The notes under the pieces are model-generated. The model saw only the letters and a program-made list of their open reading frames with translations. It searched no databases and was not told the DNA's origin. Shown here in pieces: positions 7,786 to 15,320 of a stretch of 39,475 bases of DNA. Position 1 is the first letter of the stretch. Every line of letters starts with the position of its first letter. Made by a program: the position numbers and the translations under genes. Origin of the DNA: Phycisphaerae bacterium. GTDB lineage: Bacteria; Planctomycetota; Phycisphaerae; Phycisphaerales; SM1A02. The stretch covers positions 1-39,475 of the forward strand of contig JABJQE010000160.1 of NCBI GenBank assembly GCA_018663565.1. Direction: 5' to 3'.

Positions 7786-9858
7786 GTGCTCATACTGAAC
7801 CGATTCTTGGCTGCAACCGCTGTTTTGGCATCTGTGGCGACCGCCACAGCCGAACCAGGTGGTGGTGGATTCGGCTTTGGGGGCATTGACCTCAATCAAC
7901 CCTCAGCTCAACAATTCCACGATTCCCGCGACCGAGTGCAGATTGAGGTTGTTCCCAGCCGCACCAGCGTTGCCGCTGGGGGCGATTTGGTGCTCGCCGT
8001 AGTCTTTGACCAGCAACCCACTTGGCATGTGCACACCAATGCCCCGGAAGTCCCTGAAGCTCTCGGCGACCCCGAGGACTACATCCCGACCGCCATCCAC
8101 GTGTCCGCCTCCAATCACCGGCTCGTCCCCGAACTGGGCTGGATCCAGTGGCCCACGCCTCATGAAATCATCGTCAAGTTCGCTGGGCCGGACGTCCCTT
8201 ATAAGGTCTTTGAGGGACGAGCCATTGCCTATGTGCCCGTCACGGTGCCACACGATGCCACTATCGGTGATGTAACTCTCACTGTACGAACAGTCTTTCA
8301 AGCCTGTGATCCAACCAACTGCCTTGCCCCGACACCCGAACCGCCGCTACCCGGAGAGGACCCATCGCAGCGATGGCTTGACTATGGCATCTCGGTACCA
8401 ATCTCGGTTGTGTCGATGGCAGATCTTGCCGGCAGCGCCTCGGCAGTTGAGTCTGACTTTTCTCAGTTTGATGGCAGTGTCATTGGTCGTATTCGAGGTG
8501 GCGAGGCTGCCCCGGATCTCTCCGATATCGATGTCGAATTCAATGCCTTTGGCCTAGAATTTGGGCTCGATACCGACAGCAGACTTGGCTTACTCCTGCT
8601 GCTCATTGTCGCAGCGCTCGGTGGATTCCTCTTGAACCTCACGCCATGCGTACTTCCTGTGATTCCCCTGAAAATCATGGCCATTTCAAGCTCTGCGGGA
8701 AACCGTGGACGCACATTATTGCTCGGCGCCGCCATGAGTCTCGGCGTCATTGGATTCTGGATTGGGATTGGACTTTCAATTGCATTGCTCACTGGTTTCA
8801 CCGCAAGCAATCAGCTCTTTCAGTACCCACTCTTCACGATCGCCATCGGACTGATTATTGCTGGCATGGCAGTAGGCATGTGCGGACTCTTCTCAGTCCG
8901 TCTTCCATCTGCGGTCTATATGGTCAGCCCGAGGCACGACACGCTGGCCGGATCATTTCTCTTTGGCATCATGACCGCAGTTCTTGCAACACCATGCACC
9001 GCGCCGTTCATGGGCGCCGCCATGGCGTGGGCCGCCACCGAGAGTCCGAACGTGACACTCATCACGTTTGCTGCCATTGGCATTGGCATGTCGATGCCAT
9101 ACATGGTGCTCGCAGCCTTCCCTAGCCTGACGGATAAAATGCCCAAGGCAGGCCCAGCAAGCGAACTCATCAAGCAAGTCATGGGCCTACTCATGCTTGC
9201 CGCCGCCACCTACTTCGTGGGCGTTGGACTCAGCGGCATGCTCGCCGAACCCCCTGCCCCGCCAAGCCGACTGTACTTCTGGTTTGTCGCAGCCGTTGTA
9301 GTGCTCGCCGGGCTCTGGCTCATCGTCCGGACGTGGCAACTCACGGCCCACTCGGCCCCGACGCACGAGATGGAACACCACGAACGGACCGACTTCAGCC
9401 TTCCACGGCATGCCATCGGATGGCGAACATCCATGACCACACTTGGCGGGCTCGTCGCAGTCCTCGGCGTTGCCCTCGCCGTCATACTGACCGACCATGG
9501 CCCGATCAAATGGACGTGGTACACGCCGGCCAAACTCGAACAAGCCATGAATGATGGACAAGTCGTCGTTCTGGAGTTCACTGCCGAGTGGTGCCTCAAC
9601 TGCAAGGCGCTTGAAACAACTGTCCTGCACTCAGATGGAGTTTCATCCTTGCTCGCCGAGCCATGGGTCACGCCCATCAAGATTGACCTCACCGGCAACA
9701 ACACCCAAGGCAATGACATGCTGCAGGCTGTCGGGCGGCACCAGATTCCACTCTTGGTGGTCATTGCGCCAAACGGCGAAGAGGTCTTCAAAGAGGACTT
9801 CTATACAATCGGCCAAGTTGTTGAGGCCATCAACGCAGCACGGGTGATGACGAAGTAG
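7786..9858 (+). CDS. dsbD: DsbD-type thiol:disulfide interchange protein (N-terminal periplasmic domain, transmembrane CcdA-like core, C-terminal thioredoxin)
   Basis: The signal peptide is LILNRFLAATAVLASVATATA. The N-domain carries a Cys pair (QACDPTNCLAP). The membrane core has LNLTPCVLPVIPL and VLATPCTAPFM. The C-terminal thioredoxin motif is EFTAEWCLNCK (CxxC at 9592-9603). I prefer GTG 7786, which has GGAGG 6 nt upstream. The track start ATG 7756 is an in-frame alternative. Confidence 0.85.
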   Translation: MLILNRFLAATAVLASVATATAEPGGGGFGFGGIDLNQPSAQQFHDSRDRVQIEVVPSRTSVAAGGDLVLAVVFDQQPTWHVHTNAPEVPEALGDPEDYIPTAIHVSASNHRLVPELGWIQWPTPHEIIVKFAGPDVPYKVFEGRAIAYVPVTVPHDATIGDVTLTVRTVFQACDPTNCLAPTPEPPLPGEDPSQRWLDYGISVPISVVSMADLAGSASAVESDFSQFDGSVIGRIRGGEAAPDLSDIDVEFNAFGLEFGLDTDSRLGLLLLLIVAALGGFLLNLTPCVLPVIPLKIMAISSSAGNRGRTLLLGAAMSLGVIGFWIGIGLSIALLTGFTASNQLFQYPLFTIAIGLIIAGMAVGMCGLFSVRLPSAVYMVSPRHDTLAGSFLFGIMTAVLATPCTAPFMGAAMAWAATESPNVTLITFAAIGIGMSMPYMVLAAFPSLTDKMPKAGPASELIKQVMGLLMLAAATYFVGVGLSGMLAEPPAPPSRLYFWFVAAVVVLAGLWLIVRTWQLTAHSAPTHEMEHHERTDFSLPRHAIGWRTSMTTLGGLVAVLGVALAVILTDHGPIKWTWYTPAKLEQAMNDGQVVVLEFTAEWCLNCKALETTVLHSDGVSSLLAEPWVTPIKIDLTGNNTQGNDMLQAVGRHQIPLLVVIAPNGEEVFKEDFYTIGQVVEAINAARVMTK

Positions 9859-12001
9859 CTCGCTGGGCCATCGACCGAACAGCCTGCGGAAGTCGCTGCA
9901 AAACATCAATCGTATTGGCGTCGTCGCATGCAATCGCTCGCTCAAATGCCAGGCGGGCCTGTGAAATATCACCAGATTGCTCATGCAGGCGGCCAAGATT
10001 AATCCACGCCATCGCAGCCGCTGGGTCTTGGCGGCACAACTGCTCAGCGAGTGTCACGGCTGCAGCAACGCGTTGGTCTGATTCACCAAGCGCGATCTGG
10101 CCGCCCAACGCCTCGAGGGCCAATCGTCCGCCCACAAGTCGCCCAGATGCAAAGGCAATCATGGCCTCTTCTTCTGCCAGCACGAGCCACTTCACCGCGG
10201 CGGCTTTGTCTGATTGCACGTTTCTCGCAGCTGCTATGTGTTGCTCGGCAGCATGAACCATCATGAGTGGGTCGCCGCTTATCGCCCACGTTTCTCGAAG
10301 CTCGCTCGCAGCCCGGTCCCGCGCAGCGGCCAACTCAGGTGGCGTTGAGTCGGCCACCGCCGACACCAACTGCGTTGCTGCGGAAACAACACGCTGATCT
10401 TGCCGGAATTGGGGCAGAACACCAACCCACATCGCCCCAACACATAAGGCCGCCGCCACAGCACCGCCCAAAATGGGCAAGCCGCGGCCAACACCTGAGT
10501 TCACCGGCGCAGCAAGTCCGAGCAGCACAAGAATCCACACGCTACTCGCGGCATTCTGAAGACTCATTTCAACCTGTGCGTGCATCACAAGCAGCACAAC
10601 GGCAGCAAGCACGGCCCAGCCAGCGATTGATCCAACCAGACACCGCCACGCGACCACTGCAAAGATAGGCATCGAAATCCACCCGGCCACCCGGACAATG
10701 CGACCGGCGTCGTCAATGTCGCCCCAATCCGTGCAGGCTACGAGCACGGCTGGAAGAAGCGCCAGCATCGACCCGGCAACGACGCACCACACGCGACCAT
10801 CAGTACGCGGCTCCAATCGCCAACCACGTGATGCTGCCGACCACACCAGAACCACAACCAGAACGGCCCACGCGAGACCGCACACACCAAGCGTGCTCGT
10901 CCACTCCCACACCATGGCATGCGGTGACGAAACTTCTTCAGGAGCACCCGGTAGCCGCGCAGCCGTATACGCATCTTGGAAACCGGCTGGCCCAGACCCC
11001 ATGGCAGCGTGATCGACAAAAACTCGCGCCGCGCCAACGTCGTACTGCCAGCGAATCAACATGCTCCGCACGCCCGGAAAAGATGTTGACCCACTTGCCG
11101 CGGTCATACCAAACGCCAGCACAGGTGCCAAAGCCGACACAGCCAGTAGCCCCATCGCGAGCCAGTTCGCTCGCGTACGGACCCACCTCATAGCAAGGCC
11201 GGCCAGCGCACATGCGAGTCCAAGCACAAGCACAAGCACGCCACCAATTGATCCGGTCAACGCAGTCGTGATAGCAGCCGCTGCAACCGCAATCACGCCA
11301 ACGGCCCCAACAACCGCCGACCGACCAAGCACCTTGGCCGCAACAACCAAACCAAACCACGCTACGCCGCACGCAGCCAGCACTGTCGCCAGCAGGTTGG
11401 CACTTGTAAACCAGCCCGTTGGGCCGCCAGTCAGAACTCGGCGTTCATACACCAGGGCCTCAGCGGATCCGGGCTCAAGACCCATCGAGCCAAGAACCGC
11501 GTCGCGATTGGCGGCAAACCAACTAACCGTGTCAGGAAGCTCCCACGCCCACTGCTCCAAACCACGAAGCGCAAGCGGCCCCGCGACGCCAAACATTACG
11601 GCAAGTGCAGTCCTGCGAATTGCAGCATCTCGGCCAAGATGGGCCATGGCAACAGCCCCGGTAAACCCAGCAATCCATGGCAATAAGACGCGCACCTGAT
11701 CGGTCCCCATAACGGCCCAAGCACCAGCTACGCCAAGCGGAAGTACCCAGAGTGCCATGACCAGCGGAGAGCCCCCCCGCCGCGAGCCCGCCTCGGCCCA
11801 AAGTCCCAACGCCGCAGCTGCCATCAGCACAACATCCATCACCATCAGCCAACTCGGCCAGACACCTGGGATACGGGTCGAATTCAGAACTGGGTCAACA
11901 TCAAACCAAATCTCCGGAAGAAGCGTCACGATGCAGCGGCCCGTCGCGACAGCGGCAATCACAATAGCCGCCACTATGGCTACGTTTCGCCGGCCGTTCA
12001 A
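9830..12001 (-). CDS. Polytopic O-antigen-ligase-like (Wzy_C-type) membrane protein with C-terminal TPR domain
   Basis: 723 aa with more than 10 hydrophobic helices. A ligase-like loop is present (GSGPAGFQDAY...SSPHAMVWEWTSTLGVCGL). The soluble C-terminal ~200 aa is TPR-like (AAMAWINLGRLHEQSGDISQARLAFERAI). The TTG start at 12001 overlaps the upstream stop (TTGA), so the exact start is uncertain. Confidence 0.7.
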   Translation of the reverse strand: MNGRRNVAIVAAIVIAAVATGRCIVTLLPEIWFDVDPVLNSTRIPGVWPSWLMVMDVVLMAAAALGLWAEAGSRRGGSPLVMALWVLPLGVAGAWAVMGTDQVRVLLPWIAGFTGAVAMAHLGRDAAIRRTALAVMFGVAGPLALRGLEQWAWELPDTVSWFAANRDAVLGSMGLEPGSAEALVYERRVLTGGPTGWFTSANLLATVLAACGVAWFGLVVAAKVLGRSAVVGAVGVIAVAAAAITTALTGSIGGVLVLVLGLACALAGLAMRWVRTRANWLAMGLLAVSALAPVLAFGMTAASGSTSFPGVRSMLIRWQYDVGAARVFVDHAAMGSGPAGFQDAYTAARLPGAPEEVSSPHAMVWEWTSTLGVCGLAWAVLVVVLVWSAASRGWRLEPRTDGRVWCVVAGSMLALLPAVLVACTDWGDIDDAGRIVRVAGWISMPIFAVVAWRCLVGSIAGWAVLAAVVLLVMHAQVEMSLQNAASSVWILVLLGLAAPVNSGVGRGLPILGGAVAAALCVGAMWVGVLPQFRQDQRVVSAATQLVSAVADSTPPELAAARDRAASELRETWAISGDPLMMVHAAEQHIAAARNVQSDKAAAVKWLVLAEEEAMIAFASGRLVGGRLALEALGGQIALGESDQRVAAAVTLAEQLCRQDPAAAMAWINLGRLHEQSGDISQARLAFERAIACDDANTIDVLQRLPQAVRSMAQRATSSSPVLR

Positions 12002-13116
12002 CGATCTACCCCGGTCTCAAGAAGAATCAAGACACCAATCACAACAGCAATTTGCCCGCCGGCCATCGCGGCTTGCCAGGGCGAGAGGCTCGGCAGCAGC
12101 AATCCAATAATTCCAGTCATCGCCGTAAGCAACCAAATGATGAAGACAGCCCGTCTTGGCGACAGGCCTCGCTGCACCAATCGATGCGAGAAGTGCTGGT
12201 GATCGCCGCGAAACGGGCTCTTTCCTTGGCGACATCGAATGAGCGTCACACTCACAATGTCGTAGAGCGGAATCGCAAGCACCGCGAGCGGCATCAGAAC
12301 GACGAACCAGCCTCCGCTTGAACTGTCTTCGATTGTGGGTTCCCAGTACGTCGTTCGAATCGTCAACACTGCAAGCGTCATGCCGATGACCAGCGAGCCT
12401 CCATCGCCCAAAAATATCTTGGCCGGCGAGACATTGAATACCAAGAACCCCGCAGTTGTGCCAACAAGCACAGCCAGCGTTGATGCCACAAACCACTGAT
12501 TGGAGTGCAACGCCGTGACGAGCAACAATCCACCGGCAACAACCGTCACGCCGGCGGCGAGTCCATCCATATTGTCAAGAAAGTTCATGGCGTTAGTCAT
12601 AACGACAATCCATGCCACGCTGAGCACAACACTCACTGCAATGCCTAGGCCAAACAGACCATCGAACTGCCGCAGCACTCGAACATCAAAAAACACTGCC
12701 AATACAAGGGCGAGCACGATTTGAACAATCAACTTCAGCCTCGCTGAAAGATCGCGTCGATCATCAAGCAGGCCCATGATGTGCAAAACCAAAAGAACGC
12801 CCGCAAATGCAATGGCGGTTGGGGCTGTGTCACCGAGCCGCTGTGTCCACTCTGCCGCCGCGGGCGCGACATCTGTGATAATTCCGGGCGCCAACAGAAT
12901 GAGTACGCCCGCCCCGCCAATCATGAGAATCAACGGCCACGCAATGGCGATGCCGCCAATATTGGGCACGTTGCGCAGCTGCTTGAGCTCGCCGCCGCCG
13001 CCGGGCGAATCCATCGTCCGCAACCGGCGACCTATCTGCCGAAGCATCGCCGTCGCGATGACACCGACGATAAATGAGGCCGCAAGCAGGATGAGAACAT
13101 TGGTGGTCACACGCAC
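11998..13116 (-). CDS. WecA/WbpL-family polyprenyl-phosphate N-acetylhexosamine-1-phosphate transferase (GT4 MraY/WecA superfamily)
   Basis: 372 aa and polytopic. Motifs are NAMNFLDNMDGLAAG, IFLGDGGSLVIG and SPFRGDHQHFSHRLV, which is the WecA-type DxxHxHH region rather than MraY. It uses a GTG start at 13116. Confidence 0.85.
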   Translation of the reverse strand: MRVTTNVLILLAASFIVGVIATAMLRQIGRRLRTMDSPGGGGELKQLRNVPNIGGIAIAWPLILMIGGAGVLILLAPGIITDVAPAAAEWTQRLGDTAPTAIAFAGVLLVLHIMGLLDDRRDLSARLKLIVQIVLALVLAVFFDVRVLRQFDGLFGLGIAVSVVLSVAWIVVMTNAMNFLDNMDGLAAGVTVVAGGLLLVTALHSNQWFVASTLAVLVGTTAGFLVFNVSPAKIFLGDGGSLVIGMTLAVLTIRTTYWEPTIEDSSSGGWFVVLMPLAVLAIPLYDIVSVTLIRCRQGKSPFRGDHQHFSHRLVQRGLSPRRAVFIIWLLTAMTGIIGLLLPSLSPWQAAMAGGQIAVVIGVLILLETGVDR

Positions 13117-13180
13117 ATGATGCCCGAATCACACCGACATGGCCAACCGCCACTGCCGAGGGCACGCTACCGTGCCATAT

Positions 13181-13768
13181 ATGGAACGAATCACTGTCTA
13201 CTGCAGCTCCTCCACCCGAGCGAGCCAGCGACTCCACGATGCGGCGAGAGAAATCGGACGAACGCTCGCCGAGCGTGGTGTCACCGTCGTATTCGGCGGC
13301 GGAAGCATCGGGCTCATGGGCGCACTCAGCGAGGGCTGCAAGGAGGCTGGCGGCCGGCTCATAGGCATCACGACCACCCAACTCGTAGACCTTGAGCAGG
13401 CGAGCGATATCTGCGATGAACTTGAAGTGTTCGACACCATGCGAGAACGCCGCAAACGACTGCTCGAACTCGCTGACGGGGTTCTTGTACTGCCTGGGGG
13501 ACTCGGCACCCTCGAAGAGTTCTTCGAGGCACTTGTCGGCCGGCAACTCGCAGAACATGGATCACCGATTGGGCTTGTGAATATTGGCGGCGCCATGAAT
13601 TCCCTGCTGCTCATGCTGGACGATCTGGTGCATCACCGGTTTGTCCGGGCATCTGCAAAGAATCTGTTTTTCGTGGAATCTGAGGGGGTTACGGCGGTTG
13701 ATCGATTGCTCAAGACGCCACGTGGCCTTGTGGACCCCACTCGCATGGTGCCATCTGGTCCCGATTGA
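13181..13768 (+). CDS. LOG-family (TIGR00730-type) nucleotide phosphoribohydrolase
   Basis: Motifs are MERITVYCSSS..., VVFGGGSIGLMGALSEG and LVLPGGLGTLEEFFE. I call ATG 13181. The track start 13139 adds a 14-aa Cys/His/Arg-rich extension. Confidence 0.85.
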   Translation: MERITVYCSSSTRASQRLHDAAREIGRTLAERGVTVVFGGGSIGLMGALSEGCKEAGGRLIGITTTQLVDLEQASDICDELEVFDTMRERRKRLLELADGVLVLPGGLGTLEEFFEALVGRQLAEHGSPIGLVNIGGAMNSLLLMLDDLVHHRFVRASAKNLFFVESEGVTAVDRLLKTPRGLVDPTRMVPSGPD

Positions 13769-13792
13769 TCGTGGCCAAGCAGGTACCCTGCC

Positions 13793-14641
13793 ATGATGCC
13801 CGACACCATTGGACTCATTGCTGGAGAGGGGCGACTTCCAGTGCTCGTCGCTCAAGGAATGAAGCAGGCCGGATTGCGGGTTGGATGCGTCGCTTTTCGA
13901 GGTCACCCGGACCCAGAACTTCGGGCACTCTGCGATGAATGGGCCGACGTCTCGCTGTATCGACCGGGCGGTTGGATCCGCCGCCTCCAACGCTGGAACG
14001 CGCACGAGGCAGTCATGGTCGGCCGTGTGGCCAAGACCAGAATGCATGACCCATTTCGAATTGTGCGGAATCTGCCCGATTGGAGAGCCCTGCGTCTCTG
14101 GTATCGTCGACTTCGACACGATCGCCGCGACGCCGCTGTTCTCGCAGCCGTCGCCGAAGAACTATCGAACAGTGGGATCACACTCATCGACTCAACAACG
14201 CACATTCCAGAACACATGGCCGAAGCTGGCACGCTAGGCCGTCAGTCGCCTTCGCCCTCGCAGACGAGTGACATCACCTTTGGATGGCCTTTGCTTCAAG
14301 ACGTCGCCAATATGGGTGTTGGGCAATCAATCGCCGTACGGGAAGGTGACATCATTGCCGTCGAGGCCGTAGAGGGCACTGATCGCATGATCGATCGCGC
14401 TGGTGAATTGTGCCGCGCCAAGGGCTGGTGCCTACTCAAGACTGCCTCGCGTAATCACGACCGACGCGCCGATGTACCAACGATTGGCGTCAATACAATC
14501 GATCGACTTTCTGAAGCAGGCTGTGGCTGCATTGCAGTTGGCGCTGGAGCAGTCATCCTGCTTGATCGGCCCGAGGTTATCGCAGCATGCGATCAGGCTG
14601 GCATAGCCATTGTCGGTGTTTCGGCCAAGGCAATCGATTGA
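13793..14641 (+). CDS. lpxI: LpxI-like UDP-2,3-diacylglucosamine pyrophosphatase (DUF1009 family)
   Basis: 282 aa. The N-terminus is IGLIAGEGRLPVLVAQGMKQAG. The C-domain reads GQSIAVREGDIIAVEAVEGTDRMIDRAGEL...DRRADVPTIG, typical of LpxI. Confidence 0.75.
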   Translation: MMPDTIGLIAGEGRLPVLVAQGMKQAGLRVGCVAFRGHPDPELRALCDEWADVSLYRPGGWIRRLQRWNAHEAVMVGRVAKTRMHDPFRIVRNLPDWRALRLWYRRLRHDRRDAAVLAAVAEELSNSGITLIDSTTHIPEHMAEAGTLGRQSPSPSQTSDITFGWPLLQDVANMGVGQSIAVREGDIIAVEAVEGTDRMIDRAGELCRAKGWCLLKTASRNHDRRADVPTIGVNTIDRLSEAGCGCIAVGAGAVILLDRPEVIAACDQAGIAIVGVSAKAID

Positions 14642-15243
14642 GCGAGTCGCCCGATACCACTCCGCTCGTCTCGCGAGCAGGCGGAAAACTTCAACACGCG
14701 CTCGATGTCTTCGATCTCGATGTCACCGGTTTGCGGTGCGCCGACCTCGGATGTAATGTTGGTGGGTTTACCGATTGCCTACTCCGGGGCGGCGCGGCAT
14801 CGGTCATCTCACTCGACACGGGATATGGCATATTGGCATGGAAACTTCGACAAGATCCACGTGTTGAAGTTCGAGAACGAAGCAATGCGATGCACGCAGA
14901 ACCGCCAGAAGATGGCGTCGACCTCGTGACGCTTGACCTCGGCTGGACGCCACAGCGGCACGCCCTCCCGGCCGCCAAACAATGGATCAAAGACGGCGGC
15001 CGCATCCTCTCACTTGTGAAACCTCATTATGAACTCAATGAGGCCCAGAGGCGCGAACACCTCGTTGATGGTCGCCTCAGTGACGAAGTCGCCGAGGCCA
15101 TGTTGCTGGCAGTTTTAGAGAGTCTCGATGGCTTGGGGCTGCACGCGATCAACACTACAATTTCGCCCATTCGAGGCGGAAAAAGTAGCCGCGGCAAGGG
15201 CAAAGGGAATCGAGAATATCTCTTGCTCGCCGAGGTGCAATAG
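14638..15243 (+). CDS. TlyA-like FtsJ-fold rRNA 2'-O-methyltransferase lacking the N-terminal S4 domain
   Basis: VSRAGGKLQHALDVFDLDVTGLRCADLGCNVGGFTDCLLRGGAASVISLDTGYGILAWKLRQDPRV aligns with the TlyA methyltransferase core. The start is uncertain. It is either TTG 14638, overlapping the lpxI stop (TTGA), or ATG 14587, which overlaps lpxI by 55 nt. Confidence 0.75.
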   Translation: MSESPDTTPLVSRAGGKLQHALDVFDLDVTGLRCADLGCNVGGFTDCLLRGGAASVISLDTGYGILAWKLRQDPRVEVRERSNAMHAEPPEDGVDLVTLDLGWTPQRHALPAAKQWIKDGGRILSLVKPHYELNEAQRREHLVDGRLSDEVAEAMLLAVLESLDGLGLHAINTTISPIRGGKSSRGKGKGNREYLLLAEVQ

Positions 15244-15320
15244 CAGGCACCGATCGGCTCTTCGCGGCCCGAGATGACGTACAATGTCGGGACACTTTTT
15301 CGGCCTAGCGTTGTTTGCAT

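Noticed and set aside
7474-7899. 141-aa and 72-aa minus-strand ORFs, and 89-aa and 68-aa plus-strand ORFs, in the nusA-dsbD spacer
   Set aside because: Their composition is rich in Cys, Trp and Arg. They have no RBS, they overlap the dsbD signal-peptide region, and they have no recognisable motifs.
12830-13558. 242-aa minus-strand ORF crossing the wecA-like/LOG divergent junction
   Set aside because: It overlaps two well-supported genes on both sides and has no recognisable motifs, so it is probably a shadow ORF.
15268-15300. Weak hairpin (CCCGA...TCGGG) followed by TTTTT after the tlyA-like gene, overlapping a TACAAT (15280-15285) that could be a gyrA -10 element
   Set aside because: The stem is only 5 bp with a 14-nt loop. 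No convincing -35 element is present. The two readings (terminator versus promoter) conflict, and neither is supportable without transcript data.
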